Below are positions 39,471 through 54,068 of a stretch of DNA of 64,000 nt, piece by piece; positions within the stretch are counted from its first letter, which is position 1; each line of letters starts with the position of its first letter. This DNA is from Eledone cirrhosa. Taxonomy: Eukaryota. The stretch lies in assembly GCA_964016885.1 (NCBI GenBank), contig OZ024758.1, positions 24,180,001 through 24,244,000 on the forward strand. Reading direction: 5' to 3'. The notes beneath the pieces were generated by a model. That model had not been told where the DNA came from. It made no database searches and saw nothing but the letters and a program-made list of their open reading frames with translations. Both the position numbers and the translations under genes were made by a program.

Positions 39471-40170
39471 ACAACCTTGTTGAGAAAAATACACCACAAA
39501 AATCAATAAAAAAATAATACAGACATGATCTCTGATTTTGTTTCAGATTGATAAGATGTATTTCTCTTACTTTGATATAGTTTGTTTTATACGCCATATG
39601 GCGAGTGTGAAAGTGTAGAAATAAGGTTTATATTCGAGAGAGAAAGACTTTTGGCTTATAAACGCTAACTTCACATCGTCACGTACATTATAATTATAAT
39701 CAGTGGGGAAGAAGTATCACCAAAGTAGATATAGTTACGTTGTACCGGTGTAGAGGTTTCAGATTGATCCCTGCTTCACTTACTTTACTTCTCGGTAACT
39801 TGAAACCGTGTTCAGATTACCGGGAGATAGATTGAAATCGATTTTAAATTAACCCGAACAGTAGCTTGAGGGTAATTTCATCCTTTCCTCTTCCATTTTT
39901 GATCACCCCTCGAATCATTCCTCAATGTCCTTCGGCATTGGTGGGATTTACCGCTGTAGTAATTTCTTTTCTATATAAATATATTTCGTTCGTATTTGAA
40001 GTGCATAAATATAATTTACGAAGAGCACAGGAATAATTTCAAACCAAGTTTAGGCTACCCTGAGGGATAATATGGAAGCAATTTCAGAATACCGGGAGGT
40101 AAGTTGAAATGGTAGTAGCACAGTTTGAAGTCTTTACACCGGGCTGTCATGGTACATTGAAACTGTATAG

Positions 40171-40528
40171 CAGAGGTTCTCAAAATGGGCGCTACCGACC
40201 CACCCCCCACCCGACACACACACACAAACAGAGGTGGGGGATCTAAGAAGGTCCTGGGAGCGCTGGGGCCTAACGGGGCGCTAGAGATGATATAATAGTA
40301 TATTAAATATCAAATGATACATATATATATATAACTATATATATAAGTATAGTAAAATAAAAAATATATAATATTTATTTATACATAGTATATGTTATAT
40401 AAATTATTATATATAAATTAACGAGTTATACATTATGTAGGCAGGTCTCTCTGGAAATAGGGGTAGGGGCGCTGTGGGTATTACATGGCCGTGGGTATTA
40501 CGTGGCCCCAACGGTTTGAGAATCTCTG
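40171..40528. mobile_element. hAT Charlie-type MITE
   Basis: TIRs CAGAGGTTCTCAAA / TTTGAGAATCTCTG. Confidence 0.75.
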
Positions 40529-40567
40529 GCATATAACACCTGAATGTTAAACTCCAACGTTCATAAA

Positions 40568-41527
40568 CCATTCTTTGATGCATAGAGTTACGGCCCTTGC
40601 CATTCTGAGTTCAAATCCCGCCGAGGTTAACTTTGCCTTTCATCCTTACGGGGTCGATAAAATAAAGTACCAGTAATGTACTGGGTAATTGCTGGCCTTG
40701 TGCCAAAAGTAGAAACAATTATTTAGTATAGAGCGGTGAATTGGCAGTATCGGTAGAGGGTTGGACACCATTCTTTGATGCATAGAGTTACGACCCCTGC
40801 CATTCTGAGTTCAAATCCCGCCGAGGTTAACTTTGCCTTTCATCCTTACGGGGGTCGATAAAATAAAGTACCAGTAATGTACTGGGTAATTGCTGGCCTT
40901 GTGCCAAAAGTAGAAACAATTATTTAGTATAGAGCGGTGAATTGGCAGTATCGGTAGAGGGTTGGACACCATTCTTTGATGCATAGAGTTACGGCCCCTG
41001 CCATTCTGAGTTCAAATCCCGCCGAGGTTAACTTTGCCTTTCATCCTTACGGGGTCGATAAAATAAAGTACCAGTAATGTACTGGGTAATTGCTGGCCTT
41101 GTGCCAAAAGTAGAAACAATTATTTAGTATAGAGCGGTGAATTGGCAGTATCGGTAGAGGGTTGGACACCATTCTTTGATGCATAGAGTTACGACCCCTG
41201 CCATTCTGAGTTCAAATCCCGCCGAGGTTAACTTTGCCTTTCATCCTTACGGGGGTCGATAAAATAAAGTACCAGTAATGTACTGGGTAATTGCTGGCCT
41301 TGTGCCAAAAGTAGAAACAATTATTTAGTATAGAGCGGTGAATTGGCAGTATCGGTAGAGGGTTGGACACCATTCTTTGATGCATAGAGTTACGACCCCT
41401 ACCATTCTGAGTTCAAATCCCGCCGAGGTTAACTTTGCCTTTCATCCTTACGGGGTCGATAAAATAAAGTACCAGTAATGTACTGGGTAATTGCTGGCCT
41501 TGTGCCAAAAGTAGAAACAATTATTTA
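40568..41527 (+). repeat. Head-to-tail array of five SINE A units (200-201-bp period)
   Basis: Junction ttatttagtatagagcggtg repeats at 40721, 40922, 41122, 41323. Confidence 0.95.
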
Positions 41528-43428
41528 GAATAGAGTAACAGAATTAGCGCAGAGGGTCGAAGAACAGATGATTAACGATACTTATATATTTTTACATCTG
41601 CTTACCGCTCAAGATAGTCGAGTAGATAAGCTTTTATCTGCATTTTATTTCAAAACCGCTGAACGCATCTCGGTATGAAGTTGTACAGTCATCCTCAGTT
41701 CACCGATCTATCGAAAATAAATACCCGACTTTCTAGAAAAGTTACACGTGACTGGCTGAGAATCAGTCTATTGGAATATTATTCTTTGATCTGTGTAACG
41801 TCATGAAAATATTCCTTTATATATGTTGATCTTTACACAAACATCCGGGAAACTGCTAATCAATTTACTGATTTCAAGCTTCGTTTAAACTCCAGAGAAC
41901 ATAGCTGGCATCGCCATAAATATGATTTCAAACTCATAATCTAATTTGCATAGTGTTATTAGATTGACAACTGTTCAAATGAATGTCTACACGTGCACAG
42001 TATGAAAACTAAAGAATTCAATATTCTGAAATATATATGTGTATATGGTAGAAAAAAAAATTAGCATTGATAAAGAATAAATCTTGGATAAAAATATCAC
42101 AAGTTCTCAGTAAAAGGCATATAGTTTATGATTCGTTAGCCATCATCAGTTCTCACTTTCATAACAGTTTCACGTATAAGCCAGTCTAGATAATTTTAGG
42201 TAGCTGTAAGTCACAGTTTTTCGGTAGAATGGTGTGATTGTAGTCTTAGTAAGACTATATTTTAAATATATATACTTTGGTATACATTTTTTTAAAGTAT
42301 ATACACACACACACACACATACACACATACATATATATATATGTGGGTGGGTGTAGATGTGCATACATGATGGCTGCCCCCTCGTTATCGAGTATGGCCA
42401 TTGCACGATATACCATTATTAATAATTTTTAATTAATTCTATCGTGCAATGCCTGTGCGTGAAGATATTTTTTAAAGTGAGGAAAGACTGTGCACTGAGC
42501 CAATCCCACTCTCTGAGCGACAGTAGCTATAACCCGAAAAGAAAAAAAAGATCAACATCATCGGTAACTACTGAGCCGCAGGTTTTATATCGGTGTTGCC
42601 TTCTCCTAGAAGAATGCCCTGAGAAAGGCTAGAGAGTCCTTCACTCCCAGAGATGTGCATATATACATACATATATAAATATTTATACATACACACATAC
42701 ATAAGTCTTGTTACTTATGGAGTTTCACTTGTATAGTCACAGGACCGTAAGATGGAACTCCAGAGTAATGTATGTATGTATGTCAGGTCGCTCTTGAGTG
42801 TTACTGGTAACATGTTAACCAGTACAACCTGTCTCATGGTCGGGTCGTCAGCGACTAAACTGGCAACCCCACCAAGCTTGATTGATGAGGAGGGTGATAT
42901 TTGGACACCCTGCGGGATGAAATACAAGACCCGGCAAAGGGCGGAAGAACTCAGCAGAGTCAACGGCCATCCAAATAGTAGTTATTTTTTTTTACCTGGG
43001 AGTGAAAGGCCCCCAGTTGTTGTCACACCACCTTTCTAAGAGATGGAAACTGAAAAAAACCTGCGGCTTCGGAAGCATCCGATGATGTTGACCAGTTCTC
43101 CTTTTCGGGTAGTGTTTTCGATGCTCAGAGAGTGGCATTGGTCAAGTTCAATGCCTTTCCCCACTTACAAAACCTTCAAAGCACAAGCATTGCTTGTTCA
43201 GGGTATGTTACAGATTCGTGTGGCTGGCCGTAGCCTAAAAGTGCACCAAACTCTATAATCTGACAAGCGATTGCAATATTCTTAGCAAAGTTTGCAGCCA
43301 TCATGTACATATGTATGCATGTACACATATATGTACGTATATATGTATGCAGCTAGGCACCAAATACAACCAACTATCCTCTCGCTTCGTTGAGTCCGAT
43401 TAAATAAATAAATTGTTATTTATTTCAG

Positions 43429-43645
43429 ATGATGAGAAATATCTTCACAAAATGTTTTAACACATTTCGGTTCGAAAATGAAACCAAACTTGCAGAATCT
43501 GAAGCACTGAAAAACATGAAATTTAGTCCCAGACTTTTTGAAATAAAAATGTTTCAACGGCAAGAAAATGTAGCATATTTTTCTGAACCTGACATTTTTA
43601 TTTTGGCGGAGGGTGACGCTGCTATGTGTTATAATTTCAGTACAG
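43429..43645 (+). CDS. Coding exon MMRNIFTK...ILAEGDAAMCYNFST(G), first half of the GD FAD-binding motif
   Basis: Acceptor ttatttatttcag, donor CAG|GTAAGA, 217 nt ending in phase 1; GDAA motif. Confidence 0.9.
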
Positions 43646-44265
43646 GTAAGATGTTTATTTGTTTAATTCATTGTGATTGAAGTAGTTACATATCTCTCCG
43701 CCTTTGCTGAAGCTAAATATTATAGAATTCCACTTATGTTTATCAGCTGGTGAAACTCATTTTCAGCCGGCCGGCATAAATAAAACATTTGTATTGGTTT
43801 TCTGACATAGGAATGCAAATGCGCTTCATCAGCTCATATGTAGATATGCCACCATACCAGTATACGTATACACTAAGCCTGAACACAAAGGAACCAAACT
43901 CCCACCGCCTCCATCACTCCCGTTCTCCCCCATCTCTCTTGTGATTAGAGCTAGCCTAGTATGCTAAATACCAAATCATACATTGTAGGGCTAACGAAAG
44001 GCACTACATACCCAGGTGCTGGCATTAAAGATACTTATTCCACAGACTTTGACATAGAAAGAAGATGGAAGATAGCAATATAGACAACAGCAACATAGAT
44101 TTGATAAATGTGACTGAACATGGAAGAACCGAACTCGCAGTGTCACCGCCTCCATCTCTCTGTATTATGAGCAAATGTTGTCCCATGCTTATTCTGTTCT
44201 TGTCATTGCTGCTGGCTTATCTGTGGGGTTCAGTAGAAGTTCGGTCAAAAAACCTGACAGTTGAT

Positions 44266-47130
44266 GATGTAATCTCCCAATGACAGCTAGTTGATGTAAT
44301 CTCTCAATGACAGCTAGTACATGTAATCTCCCAATGACAGCTAGTTGATGTAATCTCCCAATGACAGCTAGTACATGTAATCTCCCAATGACAGCTAGTT
44401 GATGTAATCTCCCAATGACAGCTAGTTGATGTAATCTCCCAATGACAGCTAGTACATGTAATCTCCCAATGACAGCTAGTTGATGTAATCTCTCAATGAC
44501 AGCTAGTACATGTAATCTCCCAATGACAGCTAGTACATGTAATCTCCCAATGACAGCTAGTTGATGTAATCTCCCAATGACAGCTAGTTGATGTAATCTC
44601 CCAATGACAGCTAGTTGATGTAATCTCCCAATGACAGCTAGTTGATGTAATCTCCCAATGACAGCTAGTTGATGTAATCTCCCAATGACAGCTAGTTGAT
44701 GTAATCTCCCAATGACAGCTAGTACATGTAATCTCCCAATGACAGCTAGTACATGTAATCTCCCAATGACAGCTAGTTGATGTAATCTCCCAATGACAGC
44801 TAGTTGATGTAATCTCCCAATGACAGCTAGTTGATGTAATCTCTCAATGACAGCTAGTACATGTAATCTCCCAATGACAGCTAGTTGATGTAATCTCCCA
44901 ATGACGGCTAGTACATGTAATCTCTCAATGACAGCTAGTACATGTAATCTCCCAATGACAGCTAGTGGATGTAATCTCCCAATGACAGCTAGTACATGTA
45001 ATCTCCCAATGACAGCTAGTTGATGTAATCTCCCAATGACAGCTAGTTGATGTAATCTCCCAATGACAGCTAGTTGATGTAATCTCCCAATGACGGCTAG
45101 TACATGTAATCTCTCAATGACAGCTAGTACATGTAATCTCCCAATGACAGCTAGATGATGTAATCTCCCAATGACAGCTAGATGATGTAATCTCCCAATG
45201 ACAGCTAGTACATGTAATCTCCCAATGACAGCTAGTTGATGTAATCTCCCAATGACAGCTAGTTGATGTAATCTCCCAATGACAGCTAGTTGATGTAATC
45301 TCCCAATGACGGCTAGTACATGTAATCTCTCAATGACAGCTAGTACATGTAATCTCCCAATGACAGCTAGTTGATGTAATCTCCCAATGACAGCTAGTAC
45401 ATGTAATCTCCCAATGACAGCTAGTTGATGTAATCTCCCAATGACAGCTAGTACATGTAATCTCCCAATGACAGCTAGTTGATGTAATCTCTCAATGACA
45501 GCTAGTACATGTAATCTCCCAATGACAGCTAGTTGATGTAATCTCCCAATGACAGCTAGTACATGTAATCTCCCAATGACAGCTAGTTGATGTAATCTCC
45601 CAATGACAGCAAGTACATGTAATCTCCCAATGACAGCTAGTTGATGTAATCTCCCAATGACAGCTAGTACATGTAATCTCCCAATGACAGCTAGTACATG
45701 TAATCTCCCAATGACAGCTAGTACATGTAATCTCCCAATGACAGCTAGTACATGTAATCTCCCAATGACAGCTAGTACATGTAATCTCCCAATGACAGCT
45801 AGTACATGTAATCTCCCAATGACAGCTAGTTGATGTAATCTCCCAATGACAGCTAGTACATGTAATCTCCCAATGACAGCTAGTTGATGTAATCTCCCAA
45901 TGACAGCAAGTACATGTAATCTCCCAATGACAGCTAGTTGATGTAATCTCCCAATGACAGCTAGTACATGTAATCTCCCAATGACAGCTAGTACATGTAA
46001 TCTCCCAATGACAGCTAGTACATGTAATCTCCCAATGACAGCTAGTTGATGTAATCTCCCAATGACAGCAAGTACATGTAATCTCCCAATGACAGCTAGT
46101 TGATGTAATCTCCCAATGACAGCTAGTACATGTAATCTCCCAATGACAGCTAGTTGATGTAATCTCCCAATGACAGCTAGTACATGTAATCTCCCAATGA
46201 CAGCTAGTACATGTAATCTCCCAATGACAGCTAGTACATGTAATCTCCCAATGACAGCTAGTTGATGTAATCTCCCAATGACGGCTAGTTGATGTAATCT
46301 CCCAATGACAGCTAGTACATGTAATCTCCCAATGACAGCTAGTTGATGTAATCTCCCAATGACAGCTAGTACATGTAATCTCCCAATGACAGCTAGTACA
46401 TGTAATCTCTCAATGACAGCTAGTTGATGTAATCTCCCAATGACAGCTAGTACATGTAATCTCCCAATGACAGCTAGTACATGTAATCTCCCAATGACAG
46501 CTAGTTGATGTAATCTCCCAATGACAGCTAGTTGATGTAATCTCCCAATGACAGCTAGTTGATGTAATCTCCCAATGACAGCTAGTTGATGTAATCTCCC
46601 AATGACAGCTAGTTGATGTAATCTCCCAATGACAGCTAGTACATGTAATCTCCCAATGACAGCTAGTTGGTGTAATCTCCCAATGACTGCTAGTTGATGT
46701 AATCTCCCAATGACAGCTAGTACATGTAATCTCCCAATGACAGCTAGTTGATGTAATCTCCCAATGACAGCTAGTTGATGTAATCTCCCAATGACAGCTA
46801 GTACATGTAATCTCCCAATGACAGCTAGTTGATGTAATCTCCCAATGACAGCTAGTACATGTAATCTCCCAATGACAGCTAGTACATGTAATCTCCCAAT
46901 GACAGCTAGTTGATGTAATCTCCCAATGACAGCTAGTTGATGTAATCTCCCAATGACAGCTAGTACATGTAATCTCCCAATGACAGCTAGTACATGTAAT
47001 CTCCCAATGACAGCTAGTACATGTAATCTCCCAATGACAGCTAGTTCATGTAATCTCCCAATGACAGCTAGTACATGTAATCTCCCAATGACAGCTAGTA
47101 CATGTAATCTCCCAATGACAGCTAGTTGAT
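44266..47130. repeat. 27-bp minisatellite, about 106 units, two main variants
   Basis: atgtaatctcccaatgacagctagt[tg|ac]. Confidence 0.97.
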
Positions 47131-47329
47131 AATTATAAATCACGAAACCTATTTCAATTGTTTTAATAATATTGCTGGAAATTATAATTATTATCATCAC
47201 CATTAGTATTGTTGTTGATGTTGTTGTTGTTCTTATCAGAGTGTACATCTGAAAGTTGTGCCTCGAAGAACCTATTGTCTTGTTATAATATTTATTTTTC
47301 TCGAATTCTAATTTTAAAAAAATCTTTTT

Positions 47330-48775
47330 TAATATATTATTCTATATAATATATTATTCTATTAATATATTATTCTATATAATATATTATTCTATTAATA
47401 TAATATTCTATATAATATATTATTCTATTAATATAATATTCTATATAATATATTATTCTATTAATATATTATTCTATTAATATAATATTCTATTAATATA
47501 ATATTCTATATAATATATTTTATTAATATATTATTCTATTAATATAATATATTATTCTCTATAATATATTATTCTCTATAATATATTATTCTATTAATAT
47601 AATATATTATTCTATATAATATATTCTTCTGTTAATATAATATATTATTCTATATAATATATTATTCTGTTAATATAATATATTATTCTATTAATATAAT
47701 ATATTATTCTATATAATATATTATTCTGTTAATATAATATATTATTCTATTAATATATTATTCTATATAATATATTATTCTATATAATATATTATTCTAT
47801 ATAATATATTATTCTATTAATATAATATTCTATATATTATTTTATTAATATATTATTCTATTAATATAATATATTATTCTATATAATATATTATTCTATT
47901 AATATAATATATTATTCTATATAATATATTATTCTATTAATATAATATATTATTCTATATAATATATTATTCTATTAATATAATATATTATTCTATTAAT
48001 ATATTATTCTATTAATTTATTATTCTATTAATTTATTATTCTATTAATTTATTATATTATTCTATATAACATATTATTCTATTAATTTATTATTCTATAT
48101 AATATATTATTCTATATAATATATTATTCTATATAATATATTCTATATAATATATTATTCTATTAATATAATATATTATTCTATATAATATATTATTCTA
48201 TTAATATAAAATATTATTCTATTAATATAATATATTATTCTATTAATATAATATATTATTCTATTAATATAATATATTATTCTATTAATATATTATTCTA
48301 TTAATATATTATTCTATTAATATATTATTCTATTAATATATTATTCTATTAATATATTATTCTATTAATATATTATTCTATTAATATATTATTCTATTAA
48401 TATATTATTCTATTAATATATTATTCTATTAATTTATTATTCTATTAATTTATTATTCTATTAATTTATTATTCTATTAATTTATTATTCTATTAATATA
48501 ATATATTATTCTATTAATATATTATTCTATATAATATATTATTCTATTAATATATTATTCTATATAATATATTATTCTATTAATATATTATTCTATATAA
48601 TATATTATTCTATATAATATATTATTCTATATAATATATTATTCTATATAATATATTATTCTATTAATATAAGATATTATTCTATTAATATATTATATTA
48701 TTCTATATAATATATTATTCTGCTAATATAATATATTATTCTATTAATACATTATTCTATATAATATATTATTCA
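47330..48775. repeat. AT-rich minisatellite (atatattattctat[ta|at]...)
   Basis: Direct inspection. Confidence 0.95.
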
Positions 48776-49241
48776 AAGATATTTATACTTAGTAAAGTCA
48801 TACTTAAATCTAAACTATAATAAAGTACGAGTGCGGGACTGCGTACGGTTTATAATTTGTTATCCCATTAGTAAAATAAGTTGGATTACTTTGAATAAAT
48901 ATTACATAATTTATCTACTAAATTTCGTACCTGTTGATTAAATATATTTTATTGTTTATTTAAAGATTCACTTATTTAAAATTTTCAAATGTCAACACTT
49001 CCGGTTAGCGATCGCTTAAATAAACATTCATATATTTCAGTTACTAATTTTCTCCTAATGCAGTTTATATATAATATCGTCTTTGTTTAATGTATCATGG
49101 ATTACGTTACTCATTACATAAGAGAGTGTAACGCAGTTTTTGTTCAATTTCTGTGTATATTGTCAATTACGATGTTATTTCATGTATCATATCTACATGT
49201 ATATATACTTGCTTATAATATCAATATACACACTACACATG

Positions 49242-49279
49242 CTAGCAGAAAACCACCCGAAGGGTGGTTTTTCTGCTAG
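49242..49279. other. Isolated strong hairpin ending CTAG|T (Helitron 3'-end-like)
   Basis: CTAGCAGAAAACCACCC-GAA-GGGTGGTTTTTCTGCTAG. Confidence 0.45.
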
Positions 49280-49289
49280 TAACATTATT

Positions 49290-49672
49290 AAAACATGAAA
49301 AAGAAAGATAAAAGCAAAATTAAGTAATGAGAAAATGATGCAGGGGTAAAGAAGGGCAGATCTGGATGTATAAGAAAGAACTATGAACGCCATAAATATG
49401 AGGAAAAGGAAGGGAAAAGCAAAGACTCTAGGGCCACAGAAGAAATGGAGGTGAAAGAGTGCGGTGGTGTTGAGGTTGCGCCCCGCGGACGAGACCGCAA
49501 AGCATTTCCGTGGACAATAGCCAGCGACACCCGCTGCAATAGCCACCTCACCTCGCAGAGCTCTTTGTTCAGTCGGGCTGCTGACGTTCCGTTCTTCCGG
49601 AGGACCTCAGCAGTACAGGGTCTGAGTAAGCGTGAGGTCTCGATGGCGACCGTTGCGAAGAGGAAGTGGCGG
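49290..49672 (-). mobile_element. 3' remnant of an RLE-endonuclease (CRE-like) non-LTR retrotransposon
   Basis: Minus frame FLFATVAIETSRLLRPCTAEVLRKNG...EVRWLLQRVSLAIVHGNA (49501-49671) matches FxPxAxETxG...LxQRxSxAxxRGNA. Confidence 0.75.
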
Positions 49673-50189
49673 GGACAATCCCAATTATTTGTTTGTCTTC
49701 TTTTCCTTTCCTCAGCATTGCGGGTTTGGTGTGTTTATTACGCGGTTGTCAGTCGCAGTTGTAGCTATGTGGTTCAGAAGTTGGTATAGAGATCACGTGT
49801 TTCCGGGTTCGACACTACTGTCCGAAACCTGGGACGGGTGTGTGTTTTCTACTCTAATCCTGGTTTGTGAGTGGAATTTGGTAGATATAAACTGTCTTTT
49901 GTGTGTATTGGGAATCATCACAAGATTTAAGGCAAAATTGACATCGCCGGGATTTGAACTCAAACCGTACAAAGCCGAAACAAATACTGCTAAGCATTAG
50001 TCCGACGCTCTACTGACTGCCAATCCACCACTACAACTCATTTACATAATTGTTTCTACTTTTGGCACAAGGCCATCAATTACCCAAAACAATAGATACA
50101 CACTTTGATTACCTGTACAGGCAATATCTATTAGAATGCTGTTGAAGTATGTTTACATATTTTAGGGGGTCACCCTGTTTATAATGAAT

Positions 50190-50375
50190 ATAATTGTTTC
50201 TACTTTTGGCACAAGGCCAGCAATTACCAGTGTATTACTGGTACTTTATTTTATCGACCTCGTAAGGATGAAAGGCAAAGTTAACCTCGGCGGGATTTGA
50301 ACTCAGACCGCAAAGGGACGTAACTAAGCTGGAAAACATGGCGTCCGACGCTCTACTGACTGCCAATCCACCGCC
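50190..50375 (-). mobile_element. SINE A
   Basis: Family match. Confidence 0.85.
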
Positions 50376-53300
50376 CTACATCTCATTTACATAATGGCAT
50401 AAAGTTGAGGGTCCTACAATAGTTACTCAAATAAATTAAATAAGAACTGACTGAGTTTTACTGCTGCGTTTCTGTTTCTTCAGGAAAGCTACTCGTAATA
50501 AGGCCAATGTTTTATCCAGCGATAATTTTTCTCTGGTCTGCTTGTATATGTAAATTTGTGCGACTTCCGTCCGCCCGTCACACAGTGTGTGTGTGTGTGT
50601 GTAAAAGGAAGGAAGGGGATGGTGAAAAAACTATAGCCAAACAGTGACAGGCATTACATTTGCCTCGCTGAGTGTGTGTTAAATGTATATGTGCATTTGT
50701 GTGAGTTTATGTCTATGAATGTGTATTTCTGTAAGTGTGTAAGTGTTTGCGCGTTTATATTTATATACTCATACTTATAAAAGTATGCATATGCACATAC
50801 ACACACACATACATATACACACACGCATCAGCGTGTTGAAAATAATCCTACTATACTATAATTCGAAGTGACGAATTAGATATAATCTATTTATAATAAT
50901 TTATATTGATACTATTTAAATCTTAGCTATTACTTTATAATTTAATTCAAAGAAAATTGTCATATAGGTCATACAATCTCCTGTGTTTTCTTTTTTTTTT
51001 ACATTGTGTCCAGGGAAAATATCAATATTAAAATATTTTCTTAAGTAGACATCAAAAGGTCACTTTGTTGCTGGTACTTATATCACTTATATCATCGACT
51101 CTGTCCGGAGAAAGAGAAAGTCTATTCTGATCTATTAGAGACACTTGGCCAACACACGGCCAATGCTCGGCCAACACACAGCCAACACACGGCCAACGCT
51201 CGGCCAACACTTAAACAGTTGACCAACGCTGAACGAGCCAATGAAAGAACCTCTATGTCGGGATTTCCCAGACTTCTTCAAACACTATTTCGTTCAGAAA
51301 CTTTTGGGGACGCCCTAAAGTCTAATACTGTTATATGGTTGTAATATAAATATACTCCTCTACCTTTTTTACATGGAACCCCAAATACTCCTTTGTAGAA
51401 CCCACTTTGGGAACCACTGCTCTATGTGGGCGTTCAACCTGCTAAATATAGCATCAAAATCTCCTTCGAAACAAACCATAAAGTTTTGACAATGTGGTCT
51501 TAGACATTAGACACACTGTCCGAGTAAAAGATGGGATGGTCACGGATAGAATACATATAATCATAGAAATATTCAATCAGAAAATGACAAGGGACTAATC
51601 AGCAACAACCAATAATTAACCTACTTTATTTTTATGTAAAAGTCAACCTGGAATTCACGATTTACTCTATTACATGGTCCAGCCAACAGGTTGAGGCCAT
51701 GCTGGGGCACTGCTATTTCCGCTACACTTTCTGGCCATTGATGCAAAAGGAAGTCTGTTGCTTCCGCCCTTATTTGCGCTTCGCTTCATGCTGTTACTGT
51801 TTTTAATTGTATATTTATACTGTTTTGTCAATTTTCTGAGCTTTATCAAACAAAATTTCAGATTAAATGACAATTGATAAATTCTGTACTGAATTCTATC
51901 CCACTGAGTCAATAAAATACTAATATTTTATTAATACCGTGCTGTAAATATATGATAGGTCGATGAAGTCGCCCAGCTGTTGGTGGACAATTGTATGAGA
52001 GGAGTTTAATGTGAAATACACATTTGTACACACAGTTTAAAAACAAATCGAACAACAAAACAGGCTGAAACTTCGGCGATTCTGAACTGAAACTGATTGG
52101 CCTGTTATGTTCTGCATAGTTATATCAACTCGGGCTATGTAGGGTTAAGATTTCTACCCAGAAACACTACAGATAATCGATTTAAGCAGGTTTGAACTAA
52201 TGCCTCATATATAGATTGAAACTTCAACTCTTGACTCGTCTGCAAACATGGGTCAATTCGTCGCAAGATCTGGGTCAACGAGGAACTTTGCCTTGTAGAT
52301 TATTAGGTATACTGATACCATAAAAAGCAACCAAATCTCTTTTCATATCATTCGAATAATCTAGCCCCCAAAAGACGAGTTGGTCTCAACTAGAATGATT
52401 TTATCATGAATCTACTCGATAAGGGTTGATCTGGGGTTGAACAACAATAAACTTATTTACCTCTTCATTATACGAACAGTATTATAACTTCAGAAAAATT
52501 TAATGTTTAAAATAGAGGTTTGGCACCTGCATTGAGGATGAAATGACAGACACCCTGTAATTTCTTTATTAGTCATATAACAATTGAAGACATTGTAACT
52601 AGAAATAAGGCCACTGAATACTCAGCTTTCCTGTTAATGGATGTTTAACTAACTTTTAGATAATGGGACTGTACACACAAACACCTGATTATACGAAAAA
52701 TATTACGGCCTCAGAAAAAGTTTAACATGTTTTTGTATCCACAGTGAGGATGTTTGAGCTACTGTCACGTTTCAAAAACAGACACCATGTAATTTCTTAA
52801 TGGAAGACGATATAACTAGAAATAAGACTACTTAAGTTGTGTTAATAACCTTTTTTAGATGAGAAGGCCGGGCTTAAAAATCTCATTCTAAATGTGGCCT
52901 CACATATATCTTGTACAATATAACAAATGTTTCTTAAATAACCAAACGAATTCTTAAATAATATGTGGGCTTTACAGGGATGATGGAGTACTAACTACAA
53001 ATTAATAGATACTTCGAATAAGTGAACAAATCGATGTTTCTAATAGTAATCTTCAAGTCCTTTCGAAAAGAGAGAATCTAAGACGTTTAACGGAACGAAA
53101 CCGTACATTGATTAGATTACTTCACCAAGCTTCTACAATACGTACATTCTACTCAATTAGTGAGAGAGGAAGTTGGCAGCTGTGTAATTGTCAAGAATGA
53201 TATAATTTCCTAATATTGTCAGAGCTGACAATAGCAATTTACTGCATCGTTAATTATTTATGACGGTTCTAATACACTTCTGGTGCTTTCTATTCATGAA

Positions 53301-53499
53301 GCAAATCGAAGCTATATGCTCAAGATTTCATGACATTATATTTTTCTATTGATATTTATTCCTGTTTTTCCTAAGCTGACGTTATCACAGCCAACACATG
53401 TCGGTTGGTAACGTTACGCAACAGTCAACTTATGTGATTCTGTAGTCGTTGGGTTTTGATTGTTTCTTGTCCATAATCGGATTTCAGTTAAGATACTTA

Positions 53500-54068
53500 A
53501 GGAATAGTTAATGGGAATAACAATAATAATAGTTTAAACACGAATAATAGTAGAACACCTTTAAATAAAAATGTGAATAGTTTAAGGTCTGTAAATAACA
53601 TTGAGAAGAAATGTAATTGTAAAAGGAGGTTTGAATGTCCTTTACAAAATAATTGCCTTGACAAGAATCTAGGATATAAATGTACCATTAAGACAAATAA
53701 TAATATATATAACTACATAGGTGCAACTTCATCTAAATTTAAGGAACGTTGGTATAATCATTGACAATCTTTCAATAAACCAGATAAGAAATTTTCAACT
53801 TCACTTTCACAATTAGTATGGTCTTTAAAGGACAATAATATTAAATACTCCATCTCTTGGACGAAATTAAAGATTAAAGAATGCTGCTTCCTATCAGAAC
53901 TCAACTATTTCGCAAATTTGCAATCTTTGTAACCTTGAGATTCTATTGATAATTACAAATTATGATAATTTAATCAACAAAAAAAATGAATTATTTAGTA
54001 GTTGTCACCATCAAATTGGTAAAACTTTCCAGGCAATGTATAAGTTTCGAAAAAATATTGACAATTAA
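53500..54068 (+). pseudogene. PLE GIY-YIG endonuclease with Cys-rich linker
   Basis: CNCKRRFECPLQNNCL..GYKC..YIGATSSKFKERWYNH*QSF..STSLSQLVWSLK..ISW..CNLCNLE..LINKKNELFSSCHH; one TGA and a 7-bp ATTAAAG duplication frameshift. Confidence 0.85.

Noticed and set aside
44189-47248. 1019-aa ORF of LAVIGRLH(Q/V) repeats
   Set aside because: It is the reverse frame of a 27-bp minisatellite inside an intron of the opposite-strand gene, with no non-repeat domain
53762-53764. In-frame TGA as selenocysteine (Sec is reported in some Naiad PLEs)
   Set aside because: It falls at a position expected to be basic (NHxxSF), best explained by CGA>TGA decay; the ORF is also frameshifted and I could not see a convincing SECIS
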